Shown: positions 12,673-26,691 of the stretch, piece by piece
Numbering within the stretch: the stretch's first letter is position 1
Layout: each line of letters begins with the position of its first letter
Source: Kondoa subrosea
Taxonomy: Eukaryota
Assembly (NCBI GenBank): GCA_039545335.1
Contig: BCIN01000011.1
Span: forward strand, 1 to 64,000
Length of the DNA: 64,000 nucleotides
Direction of reading: 5' to 3'
Translations under genes and position numbers: made by a program
The notes under the pieces: generated by a model
Databases searched by the model: none
What the model was told of the DNA's origin: nothing
What the model saw: only the letters and a program-made list of their open reading frames with translations

Positions 12673-14667
12673 ATGTCAAGCTGGCCAGAACGCAGAGCGC
12701 GCCTTGAATCGCTCTTGAACCTGACAGATGCAGCGCTGGACTCATATTTCGATGAAAAACGTTCTGGACAAGCAGCTCAACTGGTTTTGCATCCAAAGCA
12801 AGATTTTAGGCTTTTGGACACGATAGCAAAGTCTCAGCAAGGCGCAGTATGTATCGTCTCGACACCTCTCGCTCGAATGGGTACAGTCTTTGTGCGGAAA
12901 TCAGTGTCAAAGGCTTGGGCTGATCGAATGAAGGGCGTGAGTATCTGCCCCTTACTTTGCCGTAAATGCTGAAGAAGATTATAGCAAACATCTCCTTCCA
13001 TAGAACGACGCATCCTATGTCAATCTACTCAAGCGGAAAGATCAGATGTGCCTCGTTTGCTTTGCGCTCTCCAAGACACCGATACGCTCTACCTCTTCAT
13101 AGAGTATGCTGCTCGAGGCAGTCTGTGGGATCTAATGGAAAGCTCACCTGAGGGCAAAATAAATGAGGATGCACTGCGAGCATGGATCAGGCAAAGTGTT
13201 GCAGCTTTGGGCTGGTTGCATTCTGCTGGATGGGTACACAGGTGTGCAACGCTGTGGCATTGAGTGCAACCTATCGTCGAGCTCTTTTGTCGCAGAGACA
13301 TCAAACCACACAACATGCTCATCTGTCTTTCCAACACCATTCAAATTACAGACTTTGGAAGTGCCGCGCCCCTAGAAGGACCAGAGCACAATGTACCTTC
13401 AGCATACTGCACTTGCGTAGTCGGTACTATCGTAAGTCGACATCTAAGCTTAGTTGCTGGAAACTTAGGTTTGGGCTTGATCTACAGGATTACATCCCCC
13501 CTGAAGTCCTGCTCGCTCATCAGGATGCGTTGGCTCTGATGGATCTCTCTTCTTCCATCGCTCCTGAACCTCTGCATATTGATGAAGGCAATTTATCTTC
13601 TTTGGACTGTCGGATCGATTCTTGGAGTCTAGGTGTAGTTTTGTATGAAGTATGTTTCGAGATTTAGCATCAATCATGTAGGAACTGATCATCGAACAGG
13701 CTCTGTATGGCGTGGCACCGTTCTTTCATGAAGCTATAGCAGCTACTTACCAAAACATCCTGGATCACAAGGTTGGTAGATATCATCAATGAATTGAAGT
13801 TTGGGCTCATTAGGCTTGTTGTCATCAACAGAAGAGCTTGCAATATCCTTCATCGGATGATATGGAAGTTTCTGAGGACTGTTTGGATTTCATGCAAAGG
13901 CAAGGACCTTCATAATATGATTGCGAAGATGCTGACAACATGTATAGATGTCTGACCAAGCAAGAAGATCGAGATCATATGCATGAGCTGCTTCTACACC
14001 CTTTCTTGCAGCCCAAAGGTGTGCTCTTTTATACATTAGGCTCTACAATTAGCTAAGACAGGGTAAAGCTTCTACGCTCGCCATCTGCCCCCCTGTCCGA
14101 TATGCAAGGAATCCTCTGAGTGTCTCAAAGACATTCAGTACCACTCAATCCCGACCATTTGACTTTTCAATGTTCTTTTCCTCACCGGGATTAGAAGCAC
14201 TTCGCCAATCTCGAGCTTCTCGATCTCCCTCCGCACCACCGAACGAGTCTTCTTGGTCTGGTTTCACTTACTTACCTTCTTCAGACGCATTCATGCACCC
14301 TTCTTTCAACCCACTTCCACCTCAACCAATCCTGAAGAAACCTTCACCTTCACCTGTATCCTTCGTCACTCCAGCTAGACCTACTGTTCGATATGGAGTT
14401 GGTACTACCACTACAGCGAGAAAGAAGCGGCCTGTAGAAGGTTTTGAAGCTTTTGCTCAGACTATGGAATATGGATTATTGAGTGTGAAGAAACGGTCGA
14501 GTGCATCAAGATCTCGTTCGCCTAGAACTATCGTACAAGTGGAAGAGATAATACGGTCGGAAAAGAGACAGGATGAATGGGCTGAGTTGGAAGAAAGGCA
14601 GAAGAAGTTGTTGCAGTCCCTAGATGGACTGGAATTAAAGTATAAAGGGGTGTTATCCAGAAGATGA
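12673..14667 (+). CDS. Ser/Thr protein kinase, AGC-like (DMPK/NDR-related), with Ser/Pro-rich tail and terminal coiled coil
   Basis: ALQDTDTLYLFIEYAARGSLWD; VHRDIKPHNMLI; ITDFGSAAPL; VGTIDYIPPEVL; DSWSLGVVLYE. Confidence 0.88.
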
Positions 14668-14789
14668 AGAAACTGTACACAATGCAATTATGGCATGTAG
14701 CGAAAGGACGCACTTTTGATTCGTCATGCACGCTTTGAACATTTGCTCGAAGAAATCTCGTCTTTGCTCTCAAACAGCTATCTTTACAA

Positions 14790-16166
14790 ATGACTACTAC
14801 ACACCCACCTGTGTAAGCTGCTTTTTAAGGGCTATGTGAGGACCCGGCCTGACATTGTGGCCAGCGTATGGGCACAAAGAAGCTCGGATTCAAGCGCTGA
14901 GAAAAACAGTACGTAATAGGCTCAGCGCTTCGCCTGCTGTGATGGCTAAGTGTCTGATCTGCGGCGTACAGTCCTCTTCGTGACTCTTGTCGTCCGTCAG
15001 TTGCCATACAATCTTGGGATATTTTCATGCAGCTCAGATTTACCTCATCCCAATACAGCTGATCTGGAAAGCGACTACAAGCTCTCGTTCCCATCTGCTA
15101 CTCAACTCGTCTTCGAAGGCAAGTCCAAGTTGGACAAAGCAAAGACGTACAAGCTAGATCTAGAACTTTACGGAGAGGTTTGTTGAACGCACGCATTATC
15201 ACTCTGGTCTGATTGATATTGCTGCTCTAATGAACAGGTCGAAGCTGAAGAAGGCAAGAAAGAATCAGTGAATGGCAAAGAACTCAGTTTAGTACTGAGG
15301 AAAAAAGGTGTGAGACGCGCGATGGCTGCAGACGAATGTCTTACGCGCTTGTCGGTTCTTGCACAGTCCTTGCTGAGGAATACTGGCCAAGATTATCGAA
15401 AGACAAGAAAGTCGCTTTCATCAAGACCGATTTCTCAAAGGTGCGATTGGATCCAGTCAATATCAGGCTCTTATGCTGATTGGTTTGGGTCGTATCGTGC
15501 AGTGGGTCGATGAAGATGAACGTCAGTACCTCCGATGACTGCGCAAGCCATGTGTTGATGTTCCGAGCAGAGGACGCTGCACCTGAACCTGAAGCAGATC
15601 AAGCTGGACCTGGTAGCGGAATGGACATGGCCAGCATGATGCAGAACAGTGAGTGAAATTTTCAGTCCAGCATGCCGAGTGCTGATTTGATTCTTTTTTT
15701 CCCACAGTGTGAGTTTGATAAAACCCTACGACAGAATAACTCGCTGAGTAGTTATCCAGGGGTGGTAACAACATGGGTCAAGGAGGAATGGGTAAGCATG
15801 CTCGATAAACGACTAGTAATACTGCTGATGCGTAGCCGTTTCTGCTTACAGGCGGCATGGAGTAGGTTCTTCTTGCAATCCCTGTTCTGCTCGCTAACCA
15901 TCTGATGTCGCAGTATGGAAGCTCTTATGAAACAAATGGGTCAAGGAGGAGCAGGAGGCAGTAAGTTTCTCCTCTATCTGCTTGCATTGGTATATACTAA
16001 TCGGTTGTAATTAGTGCCAGACTTCAGCAAGATGGGCGGAATGGGCGGCATGGGCGGCATGGACATGGGTGAAGACGATGATGATGATGAGATGCCTTCC
16101 CTCGAAGAAGCTACTCCTGTTGGAAAAGGCAAAGCGAAAGCACCAGTAGAAGATGACGATGAGTAA
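14790..16166 (+). CDS. SBA1: Hsp90 co-chaperone p23 (Sba1/Wos2), many small exons
   Basis: HPPVVWAQRSS; EYWPRLSKDKKVAFIKTDFSKWVDEDE; GGM repeats and acidic tail DDDDEMPSLEE. Confidence 0.93.
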
Positions 16167-16642
16167 GCCTATGTGTCTCTCTGTGCGGCGGACGCTGATG
16201 TTGTTCGTAGCGATGATATGCCTCGTAAGTCAAATGCCTGAATGACAATGCCTTCGCTCGTTTCTGACTCTCTTCATTATCCTAGCTCTTGAGTAAAATC
16301 TTGCGAAAGCAAAAGAAAAAAGAAACGTATCGCTTGGTACATTGAAAGAAGAGAAAGAAGTGAAACAGTATGCTAGTTCAGTCGTAAGAGTTCTTGCAAG
16401 AGAAATAGAAACATCAGATCTGCCTATGCAAATCAACGACTTGACTTTGTTTTGCCCTAACTTTGTTTTGCGCTAGTTCGCAAATTATGCTTTTGCATTG
16501 TATCAAGGCTGAGTAAAAGTAGGATAGAGAGTCTTGCGATACTGCATTAGCGGAGAAAGGGAGATCGATTGATGCAACAAGCGACCTAGGAAATATGAAC
16601 TACAGATGATGCATTGCAATCGAACCAGCTCCAGTACAATAT

Positions 16643-17224
16643 CTAAGCAGCATGTCCAGCTAAGTGACCTGTACGTAGCACGCAAACACAAGAATCAGTC
16701 GAGACCGAAAGCCTTGACTACCGCACGCACCAGCTTTCGAGTTGTAGTACTCGTTCTTCTTGCTAGCCCATTGCATAACAGCGTACGCAGCTACGAAAGG
16801 TGGCACAACATATGGAACTTGAGCCAAGATTCTTGAAGTGCCTTGGAAGAGTGTGTGCTTTAAAGCGCCTTGGAAAGGGTTTTGACGGTATTCAGAGATG
16901 GCTGTTCGCCAAGTGAGATCTTACTTAGCACTGAAATAATGCAAAGCAGCCGATAGACGAACAGTATTGAGTGATGCGCTTTTGAGGCAATCCACCGACT
17001 ATGAAAGGGCTGAGCTGGGTTTGCATGATCAGATAGAAGAACACTTACGATCTCCCCACCAACCCATCTGATTATCCTGTCAGCAAAGTCACAGATGTCA
17101 GGCAGAAGAAGGACATACGAATTTCTTGCCTGTGGAATGGCAGGCTCATTAGCTCATACAGAGCTGAAATTCAGACCATCCTACCTGTTGGCATTCCGCT
17201 CAGCTGAGAAGATGTTGGCTTCAT
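16643..17224 (-). CDS. QCR8: Cytochrome b-c1 complex subunit 8 (six exons; absent from ORF track)
   Basis: Manual splicing: MKPTSSQLSGMPTGKKFMGWWGDLGGLPQKRITQYSISEYRQNPFQGALKHTLFQGTSRILAQVPYVVPPFVAAYAVMQWASKKNEYYNSKAGHLAGHAA*. Confidence 0.93.
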
Positions 17225-17866
17225 CTTGATATGATCTATTAAAGAGAATGCAAGTAAGAACCAGTGTTTGCTTGTTTTAGGATTTTCGATCAAGACAGAG
17301 CAGAAATGGAGCTTGCGGTAGCTTGATCTAATCACAGAAGTCCAGAGTATACGTATGAATGCATTGCGACACAGCCAGACAAGCCGCAGAAGTTAGCCAA
17401 TCTGTGGCCAGCCAAATCAAAAGGAAATCACGATCGAATGATATCTCGAGCTCAGACGAGGTATAGGAAGGCAGCATCCAGACAGCAGACAACGACAGAA
17501 CAGCTACTTACATTGATTCGAATGGCAGAAATCGGATAACCTTGCTAATTTCACTCTTCCTGCAACAAGCATTCGCTCTTCACCTCAAGCTGTGCTCAAT
17601 TGCTATGGACTACTACATTCAACTGAGAACTCTGTGCTCGGAGCTTGGAAATCGCAATATATGCTTGGGCCGCTTTTTTGTTCTCGGGTTGTGCTTTTGT
17701 CCTTCTTTCCTGTCCCGTCACCTGTTTGCTGCTGTTTTTCCTGACATCTGTGCTCTCTCTATTGCTGCACCTATTGCTGCACCTTGCACTGCTTCATTGA
17801 ATCATTCGAGCGGATTTCCCAGTTTGGGTCAAAGAGCTTTGGTTCGCAGCTTGACTACAGCTCACA

Positions 17867-19762
17867 ATGCCTCTGAATACAAGATCTTCGTTTGATACCT
17901 CTCATAATCCTACTACACCTGGTCGCAGAAATGATACCCTTCTCGCATCACCTGCTTTGAGCGAAGGCAATACGTCAATAGCAAGCTCTGAAGGACCGAT
18001 CACGCCTCGCTCACACTATGGCTCTTCATCTGTCATCGTCTCTCGAGATGCTTTAGGCAAGGAATCCAGCTGGTCTACTTTCGATACCGTCGATAGCAAC
18101 CTTTCTTCTTTTTCTGGTAGAACAGTTCAAAGCAATACTACTACATCAACTCAGTCTTCACCACAACAAAGATTACATCCTAATCGAATGTCAACGTTCA
18201 TGCCTTCGATGCAATATCAGCATCAAGATGAAGAGAGCGCTTCGGGTACCAGTTCATCTGTGCATGTTCATTTGGATTCAAGAAGCGGAGGAGGAGAAGG
18301 AGTAGAATGGTTCGCTACAAGGAGAGGGAAACGACATTCTCCTCTCTCGGTAAAAGAAGTACCGTATCTTTTAGGCTACGAGAAATCTGTCGAGAACTGG
18401 TGCGTCGGAAGGGCAAGTCTGGTTTATATGGCCTGACTTGATCGGCTACGTCCACAGGTCTTCTATCGTCAACGCTATCTTCCAACAATCTTTCTCCAGC
18501 ATTACCTATGCTCATTCACCAAAAAGAACATCGAAAGATATTTCCTCTTATATACACAAAATCGTTCGACCAGCAGCAGCTGCTAAAGCGCTTCCTACAT
18601 CTACAGAACCTTTATCGCCTCCTACTCGATGTCTTGATATAGGTTGTGGTTATGCAGGCAATTGGATCTTACAAGCCGCGCAAGAATGGACGTCCACAAC
18701 TTTCATTGGGTTGGATGTAGCACCAAATCTAATACCAATGGAACATTTACCAAATTCGATTTCAGAACGTATTTCCTTTGTACAAGCCAATTTCTTAACA
18801 GAACAATTACCTTTCAATGATGGAGAATTCGATTTCGTTCGATTAAGTTTATTAGGTTGTGCGATACCTGAACATGCATGGAATGATTTAATAGAAGAAG
18901 CGAGTCGAGTTTGCTCGGATGATGGGTTTGTGGAGGTCCTCGATTGGAATTCAGAATCGACAAGAGATGTAGCTGCTTTGAAAGTGGACGAAGAGACATT
19001 GAGGCAAGATGTGTATAGCGTGAACTTGAAGAGTCCATATGTGGATCTGTGAGTCTTTACTTACCTTGCATGTGGTAGCAGCTGAATTAGAACAGAGCTG
19101 CCCATTCTTCCTTGGATTCTAGACTATTGTCACCTTTCCCTCTCTCTACTATCCCACCTGCTTTAGTTCTGGGTCTCAAAGAAGTACATTCAACAGGTAT
19201 AATGCATATGTCTCTTGGCGATGATCCTTTCCAAACTTTGCCAAAGCAAGAAAACAGTCCATACGCTTCAACATTGGACGATACTTCAATCCGAGTTCTA
19301 GCTCATGCTCATGTTGATCGATTCTCTTCTATCTCTGATACTTATCACCAAGATTTCTCGCTCGAACGTCCAACGGCAAACATTTCCCTCAAAGACTCTG
19401 AAGCGATGTTTGCCGCATCGAGAAAAGAGAAGTTGCACGCTATTAATATGGCATCACTTTTGGAAGAGAGTTTCGGATGGAAGTGCACCTTTGATGCGAA
19501 AAGCGAACAACTCATTAGTCATAACGTGCAAATGTTATCTCAAGAGTACAACATCGCTGCAAAGAGTGCTGGAATGAGTGAAGCTACTGCTGCTGGTGAT
19601 GCTACTTGCGCTGAATTGAAGAAGAAGATCAGGGAAGCGGAAATGGAATTGGCTGCTATAAGACAGAGATTGGGAAGAGGAGATCAATCTAGAAGAGGAT
19701 CGATAGGGGGAGAAACGAGTAAGATGGAAATCGCCGCATTTGTAGGGCAACCGAGAAGATAA
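17867..19762 (+). CDS. Class I SAM-dependent methyltransferase-domain protein with disordered N-terminus
   Basis: RCLDIGCGYAGNWIL; FIGLDV; FVQANFLTEQLPFNDGEFDFVRL; two short introns join ORFs 17867, 18438 and 19112. Confidence 0.85.
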
Positions 19763-19856
19763 ATTAGGTGTGTAGAATGATTCTATTTTTCACTTTCTGG
19801 GTAATGCGAAAACTGAATGTGTGCTCTAAATGTACAATAAAAGGTGTATATGAATG

Positions 19857-21074
19857 CTATGCATGATTGAGTATGACTGTGTTTCGTGCTTTTACCCTCT
19901 CAAGCATTGAATCACTCGTGCGTGTCTTTTAATGTCAGCGATCAGTTCTTCGACGCTCTTTCCGTTAGGAGCAAAGGTAATCTTCACTGTAGCAGAACTA
20001 ATTCAGCTCGATTGGTCATCAAAATTCAAAGGTGACTAACCTCCATCGCTGTAAACTGCTCGGACATAGCAGGCCGTCTCGGAACCGTTCAGAACAGTCG
20101 TGGTGATCTGAGGAGGCGGATAGCGTTTACTAGAAGGCGGAGGAGAAAAAGAACCAAGCGAGAACTCCCCCGAAGCTGTTGATTGTACTGGCGAAGGATT
20201 TGGATCTGATAATCTTCTAAGCTTGACTACTAGTTGACGACACACTCCGGCGCTAGGTAAAGTTGAATGCCAAGCGACTTCAAGTTTGGTGATGTAGGCT
20301 CGACACATCAGATTGGACGGCAGATCTTCTGGTAAGAAATCGGGAGTGACTGGAGATACGGGTCGAGAATTGCTGCTACTTCCGTGAGAATTTGTAGAAT
20401 TTGTTGAGAAGCTTGGTGCGGTCGAAGAAGAAGTGAGTGGTGCAGTGAAAGTGAGGTAATTTTGGATGGTAGACGAGATACTAGCTAGAGTGAAGGCTCG
20501 CGGGCGAGGTTTTAGCTTGAAGGTGTTTGCTTCCTAGATGAAAGAAGGAGACTATATGTCAGCTGACAGACAGAAGAGGCAATCGAAGGAATCGCACCTT
20601 TACGGAAGCTTTTGATTGGTTAATGGCTTTAGCATCGAAGTTCGACGACCGACTTGGACTCGTTGGTCGAGATGCAGTAGCTTGAGCAAAGGTCTTGTCT
20701 ACCAAAGGAGTGCTGAGCCATGCGTAATTTAGCTGTTTTCTCAATGTTGCTCCGCGAATGACCTACGAAGGTTCTGACTTCATCCTATTCTGCGAGCCTG
20801 ATTCAGGATCGCTTGCTCTCCTTCCCTTGAAATCAATGAGGTCGGCTGACTTGACTGAGCCCCAAGAAGGTCTTCTGAAGGAATTCGCAGAAAGGTCTAG
20901 TGTTGGGTATGGGGATTCGCTATTGAGATTGGACAGAGCGAGAGAGCCAGGACACGAAGGACTACGCTGGAGAATAGAGGGAGCTTGAGGAGGACTCAGC
21001 AGGACTTCTTGTTCACCCTCAGGAGAAGAACCAAGCGCTTCCAAGACTGCTTGAGACAGCTCCTCGGGCTTCAT
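19857..21074 (-). CDS. Ser/Pro-rich hypothetical protein, multi-exon
   Basis: Exon ORFs 20763-21074, 20559-20744 and 20036-20308 plus a final exon (KITFAPNGKSVEELIADIKRHARVIQC...) joined by GT-AG introns; start uncertain. Confidence 0.6.
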
Positions 21075-21503
21075 TGGGCAACAAGGACGGACGTCGCTGA
21101 AGAAGGAGAGGCCAAGTCGAGCAAAATTTGCTCTTAAGCTTTAGAACGCAAACACTAAGGCCAAAACACTCAGATTACGCGAGTAATTGCAAGAAGCTGG
21201 CTGTATCGTCAAGTGATCGGACTCGAATGAGCTGAGCAAGAGACGGATGAACAGCACTGCATTCGCCATCGCGAATTGGCAGTCCAAGGCGATGTTCTGA
21301 TCAGAAATGAAAAGCGATGTTAAGCGCTTCTTTTCAAGGACAAAGATTGGAAGATGCATCTTAGTGAGCTCTAACAGCGCAAAACAGTGTAGAAAAAAGC
21401 AGGACTTGACGACCCAGATGGTTGTCGACGATGAGGAACCTTGGTATAAAGGCACATCGAAGTTGTACAATCATGACCTAGGAGCGAGCCTCTTCTCGCC
21501 AAA

Positions 21504-23274
21504 CTACTGTACACATTTATCCGCTTCCTTCGCTTCTTCCAAAGGGCTGCCGCTTCTCCGAAATGAGTCAAGAGCAAAATGCTCCGTACCTATGACACAT
21601 GAGCACAAGACACCAAGATTGCTAGGCAGAAGACTCACTCTCCGACTTGCTCATCATCTGCACACTGACACGAACAGGCATTGGTCCTGTTATACTTTGA
21701 TTTCTGCTTCGTGTTTCTCGTTTGATCCGGCAAGCTCTATAAGAGACATGAAGCAAAATCACGCTGATCGGCCTATGTGAAAAATAGCGCTGTTAATAGG
21801 TGCGAGAGGAGTACCGAACAAAAAGCGCTCACGTTCCCAGCACTGCATAGATTAAAGCTGTGCCCATCAAGAAAGCTTGAGTGAATTTGGGATCGAATGG
21901 TCTGACGCTTGTCTTAGCATAGCTTTAACGTACATGTTAATCACTCACAGGGCCGCTGCATCCTGAGTAGCCGGTATCAGAAGTACTCCAACATAGGCCT
22001 ATATACCTATGAGCTCAGTTTACCTGAATCTGATAATGAAGAACTGACTAAGCCCATTGCTAGACCAATACTTGCGTTTGCTGTCCTCTCGCGACAAAGA
22101 ACAATCAACCGCTGAGGATCTTGCCTGAAATTTGCTCCATGAGAATTCTTGCTGTCGATGCTGTCGACGTTAACGAGATGACTTCTGTGCGATAAGAATT
22201 GGATTTGATTTCGATGCAATTTGATATTCAGCATAGCTAAGGGGATCCATATCTGTCAAGCTCTTTGAGGCCACTTTTAGAATCTGATATAGAAAACGTA
22301 CGAGCAACAGTAAGCAATTCCAAGTCAGTTCAAAGATTGTAGCTATTCGTTCCCATCTCATCAACTCCCTGAAATCGCGTTCAATAGTAATGAAATGTTC
22401 TCCAACGCTTTGCATAAGAGTGAGGTTCAGTTTGCCTCCTTTCCATTTAGAAGAAGCAGTATTGAGTATTAACATGATCGCTTGAGCTGCTGTCATTCCT
22501 GAATTATACGAATGATTGACTCGAACAGTAAAGATTAGAGCCGTAGCTATGTAGATGCCTGGAATTAGGATGACCAAAGAGTTGAAGAGCCATGCTGGAA
22601 CAAAGAGTCTTGATTGTGTCGGTCTGGGGCAAGCTTTGTTAGTTGAACTTGTCGCGGAAAGGAGTGCCGACTCACAATGCTGCCGAATCAACGCAAGCAA
22701 ATACCGAACTCGCGCAAGACCAGATTTCCATATACGCCAAAAGAGTAATACACAATAGTGAGAGAAGAGGGAAGAGACTGTACAGAATGGCATCAGCTCA
22801 GCAATTCAATGACATGACAGAAGAGCTTACAGTATGTGTTGCTTTATTTCTGGAAGAATAAAGAGTGCCAAGAGGGTATAAGAGATGATTGCTATCACAC
22901 AATAGATGACGCCTAGACACGCAAAAGCTACAGCGACATTTGGTCTGTCTCGTAGAAGATCAGATTACTTGCAATAAAATATCTGAAATTACAGCTCACG
23001 TCAGATATCGGCCTTCCGGCGTTCGATGTAACCTAACTATCCAAAACCTGCCTGCTTTTGCTCGTAATATCAATGTAATCAAATTGCATAGTAAAGCCAA
23101 ACAGTGAGACGCGACAGAGAACCAAAGGACAATTCTGAAAGCTTGGGAATTACATTGAGGTAAAAGATCGGATTTGATAGTCTTTTCAAGCCAGCGATAT
23201 GGATCTTGATCGATTGGTAAAGCTAGAGCTGTAGTTACAACTTTGGTTATCACCTGCGCGGATATGATGGGCAT
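21504..23274 (-). CDS. Multi-pass membrane protein of unknown function
   Basis: Several hydrophobic helices; the motif GRFWIVRLHRTPEGRYL..PN resembles lineage-specific rust/red-yeast hypothetical membrane proteins (recalled); lacks STE3 hallmarks. Confidence 0.7.
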
Positions 23275-24112
23275 TAAAAAGAAGAGCAGGACAGGAAGAG
23301 GACGAAAAGTCTGCACGTCTGGACTAGCGTGACGTAGATGCGTAAAGAAATGCCACGACGCACAAAAGAAGTAATATAACAAATGGAAGGCTGAGATGTG
23401 AATCTATTGGTCATGCGAAACATAAGAAAACTGTACGAAAGGGAGGAGATGTCGAAAGAAGCTTGGAGATGAGCAGATAGTCGTCGATCGGTTCACCGAA
23501 TAACAGATACATATTATGTAGAGGAAGGCTTGAGATAGGCCTCGGTATAGGCGCGAGCTATAGCTTTTGCTCCTGCTACACTGGACAAATGGAGAAACAA
23601 ACTTCGAGTCAAGAAAGCTTGGCTATGCAAGCCTGCCAATCGGAGAAGAGCAAGAGCAAAACAGAAACGAATAAAGCAACGAATGCAACCTAGACGCCCA
23701 CTGTTTAGCGGACTTGCCCCAATATTTGCACTCCCGAATAGCTGGGGCTCATTGCATCCAGACAATTTCCGGCCACAGCGTTTGTTGGGCGAGAAAGTTT
23801 TGCTGCCGGATCCATGGTTACCTATTCGAGCCTTGTCAGCTAGCATCTATCTGAAAATTTGGACAGAAGGCTGATTTCATTTGGAATTCGCTGTTTGACG
23901 CAAAACCCGCACCCGATCCTCTCGTTGCTTATCGACGATACGCTTGAGATTAAAGTCTTCAGGTCTGCTCTGGCAAGCGTGCCTCTTCCTCGTAAGTCTG
24001 CCTTCACAGCATATCTGTTCCCTTTCTTCCATCAGAAGATTGGCGAAGCTCAATTTCAATTTTACAAACACCGAGCTCATTATCTCTTGTCCACACAGAA
24101 CCAGCTCACGTA

Positions 24113-26691
24113 ATGGCACCACGTATGTCTTACACTCAGCTCTGCTCTGAAGCACCATTTATTGGCTATGCAGAATTCGCCTTCGTTACGCTACTAACAA
24201 CAGACCACTACTTACCTGGCGCTCTCACTTGTATACACTCTCTGCTGGATGTGGAAGGCCCAGTACCTGCCAATGACCACGATACAATATGTCTGGTCAC
24301 GCCAGAGACTGTCAGCGTGGAAAGCATCAAGGCGTTACGTCAGGTCTTCAAGTTGGTAATAGGCGTGGAATCGATAGTATCAAGATCTAGGGAGGAGCTA
24401 CAACTACTAGGTACGCTTCTGACTATATAGTATCGGCCGTAATCGCTGATTTTAAACGCTTGAATTGAATAGGCCGACCTGACTTGGCAGCTACTTTGAC
24501 TAAGCTACACTTGTTTCGCTTAACGCAATACAAGAAAGTCATCTATCTGGACGCAGATACTTTAGTCCGAAGGCCACTATCACACCTGTTCTCAACGAAA
24601 GAACCTTTCTCAGCTGCTCCAGATATTGGTTGGCCAGATTGCTTCAATTCTGGTTTTATGGTCGTCACGCCGTCCAATGACACTTTTGATGCGTTAACGA
24701 ACATGGCTAGTCAAAGAGGGAGCTGGGAGTAGGTTCTGGTCGATCTCTTCTGAATCAATTTAGGCTGACAAATCATTTCAATCTTGTGCAGCGGTGGTGA
24801 TCAAGGGCTGCTCAATGGTAATTTGACCCTTCACATACCTCAGAGTGATCACTCATTGGACCGGCAGACTACTTTGAGAATTGGAACAGGCTTAGCTTCC
24901 TTTACAATGTTACACCTTCGTCGCTTTATCAGTAGGTCCACATTTTATTCTGCCGAGGTCGCAGCTCATCGGGTATGTAGATACGAACCAGCAATCCGTC
25001 GCTACGGTGGAGGCATTTCTCTTGTTCATTTCATCGGTCGCAGCAAACCTTGGGATCGCTTGAACCGCTCAAGACCAGGTCCATCTACAGGCGAAGCGAA
25101 GAATGACTACAATGGTCTACTTCACAGCTGGTTCGATGTTTACGAAAAGCATTACGGCCAATTGTCTACCGCGGCTTTATCAACCAAGAATTTCGGTGTT
25201 CCACAATCAGAAAACTTTGTTGTGCCTCAATATCAAGCAGCTTGGGATTCAAAGAGTCGGAACATTAGCTATCAACCGCCTAGTGATGAACAGCTCAAGA
25301 ATATGTTTGGTGGTGCATTGGCTTCCATCAGCGGGATAGGCATGTATAGGACAATGCCCTGGGAAGGCAAAGCGGCTTTCGAAAGTCAACCCGAAGCATC
25401 TACTTCTCAGCAACCAGAACCATCTCAATCCCAAACTGAAGAGACACCTCGACCTCCTTCTCCTCCTATGCTGCCTTGGAACCCAGCCGTTTCAGGTCCA
25501 GATAACACTCAGCTTCAAATGCGTGAACCTATCGATGCACATTATTCAAACGCGTGGGACGAACACTCAAGGCAATCGAACCAATTCTTCTCTGCACCTA
25601 CTTCTTATGGCCAGATACCTCAATCCGTTCAATCGCACTATGAATCAGTCATGCGTTCCAACAGAGGAGAAATCAAACCTGTTTTCCCATGGGAAGAATC
25701 CAAACATCAACGCAAACCTTCTCGGGTCTTTCCTGGTGAAGATCCTATGCCCACAAGTACAGGTCTACAAGTTCCTCAAGTCAGCTTACAACCTTCTACA
25801 CCTCCAACATCAAACCAATTTCAGACCCCACAATCGCAACAGAAAGGTCTGCCAATCGACTTCAATTACTCGAATGCTTGGGATTCGATCAAGGGTATCA
25901 AGCAGTATGCAGATCAGTTAGCGAAACCGAAAACTGGCACTTCTTGGAAAGTCACCAATTCTCCTCAAAAATCATCTAAATCTCGATCAAGCAGTTCGGA
26001 GCGACAAGCTTCAAGTCCCGATGAGAGACCATCGGGTAGTGAGAAAGAAGGTGAAGATGGGGATGATGAGGATGAAGCCGACGAAGAGGAAGAAGAGAGA
26101 GTACCGATCAAGTATAAAGTCAAACCTGCTACACCTGCAGCCAGAGGAAATGGTCATCATTCACCAAGAGGAAGTGTATCGAATCGACCTTACATGCGAC
26201 GAAGTGAAGGATCTATTGGCTCTTCTTCCCGAGTGCCTCAAGCTGCCGATTATGGTATTTCGGGTACTGGAGCGTCAAGACCATCAGGTTATCACTCGAA
26301 AACTCCTTCTTATTCTAATTCCCCCGTCAATTCTCTTCCAGGCTCTCACAACACTTCTCCCACCACTTCTCGTCTAGCTCCGGATCCATCTTTGGTTGCT
26401 CCTGCACCAAGACAACCACCAGCTCGAGTGTTTGCACCTTCGACAGATACAAACATGATCAAGCAAGAAGGTTTAGCTGCCTTGAGTCGCTTCGTAAGGC
26501 AAATGGAAGCGCAAGGGAACAATGTTGTCAGGTCGGCTGGATCTTCGGTAAATAACAGCGCAAACGCAAGTCCAGTTAATCGATCACCTCAATCAGCTAC
26601 TTCATCTCTACCCAGTGGTTCACCTCAATTTTTGGCTCGACCATTACCAGTCAATGGTTCACCTCGATCTGCTTCAAGACCTCTTCATTAG
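24113..26691 (+). CDS. GLG1: Glycogenin (GT8 family) with long disordered C-terminal extension
   Basis: AFVTLLTTDHYLPGAL; GRPDLAATLTKLHLFRLTQYKKVIYLDADTLV; FSAAPDIGWPDCFNSG; GGDQGLLN; VHFIGRSKPW. Confidence 0.92.

Noticed and set aside
16032..16070. ATGGGCGGM tandem repeat
   Set aside because: Ordinary GGM-rich tail of p23/Sba1
16445..16476. Short direct repeat CTTTGTTTTGC x2 (and ATTGCTGCACCT x2 near 17761)
   Set aside because: Two-copy slippage duplications in UTR or intergenic DNA with no further structure
23400..24110. Cluster of overlapping ORFs between the membrane gene and glycogenin
   Set aside because: No coherent splice model or recognisable motifs; likely shared promoter and UTR sequence
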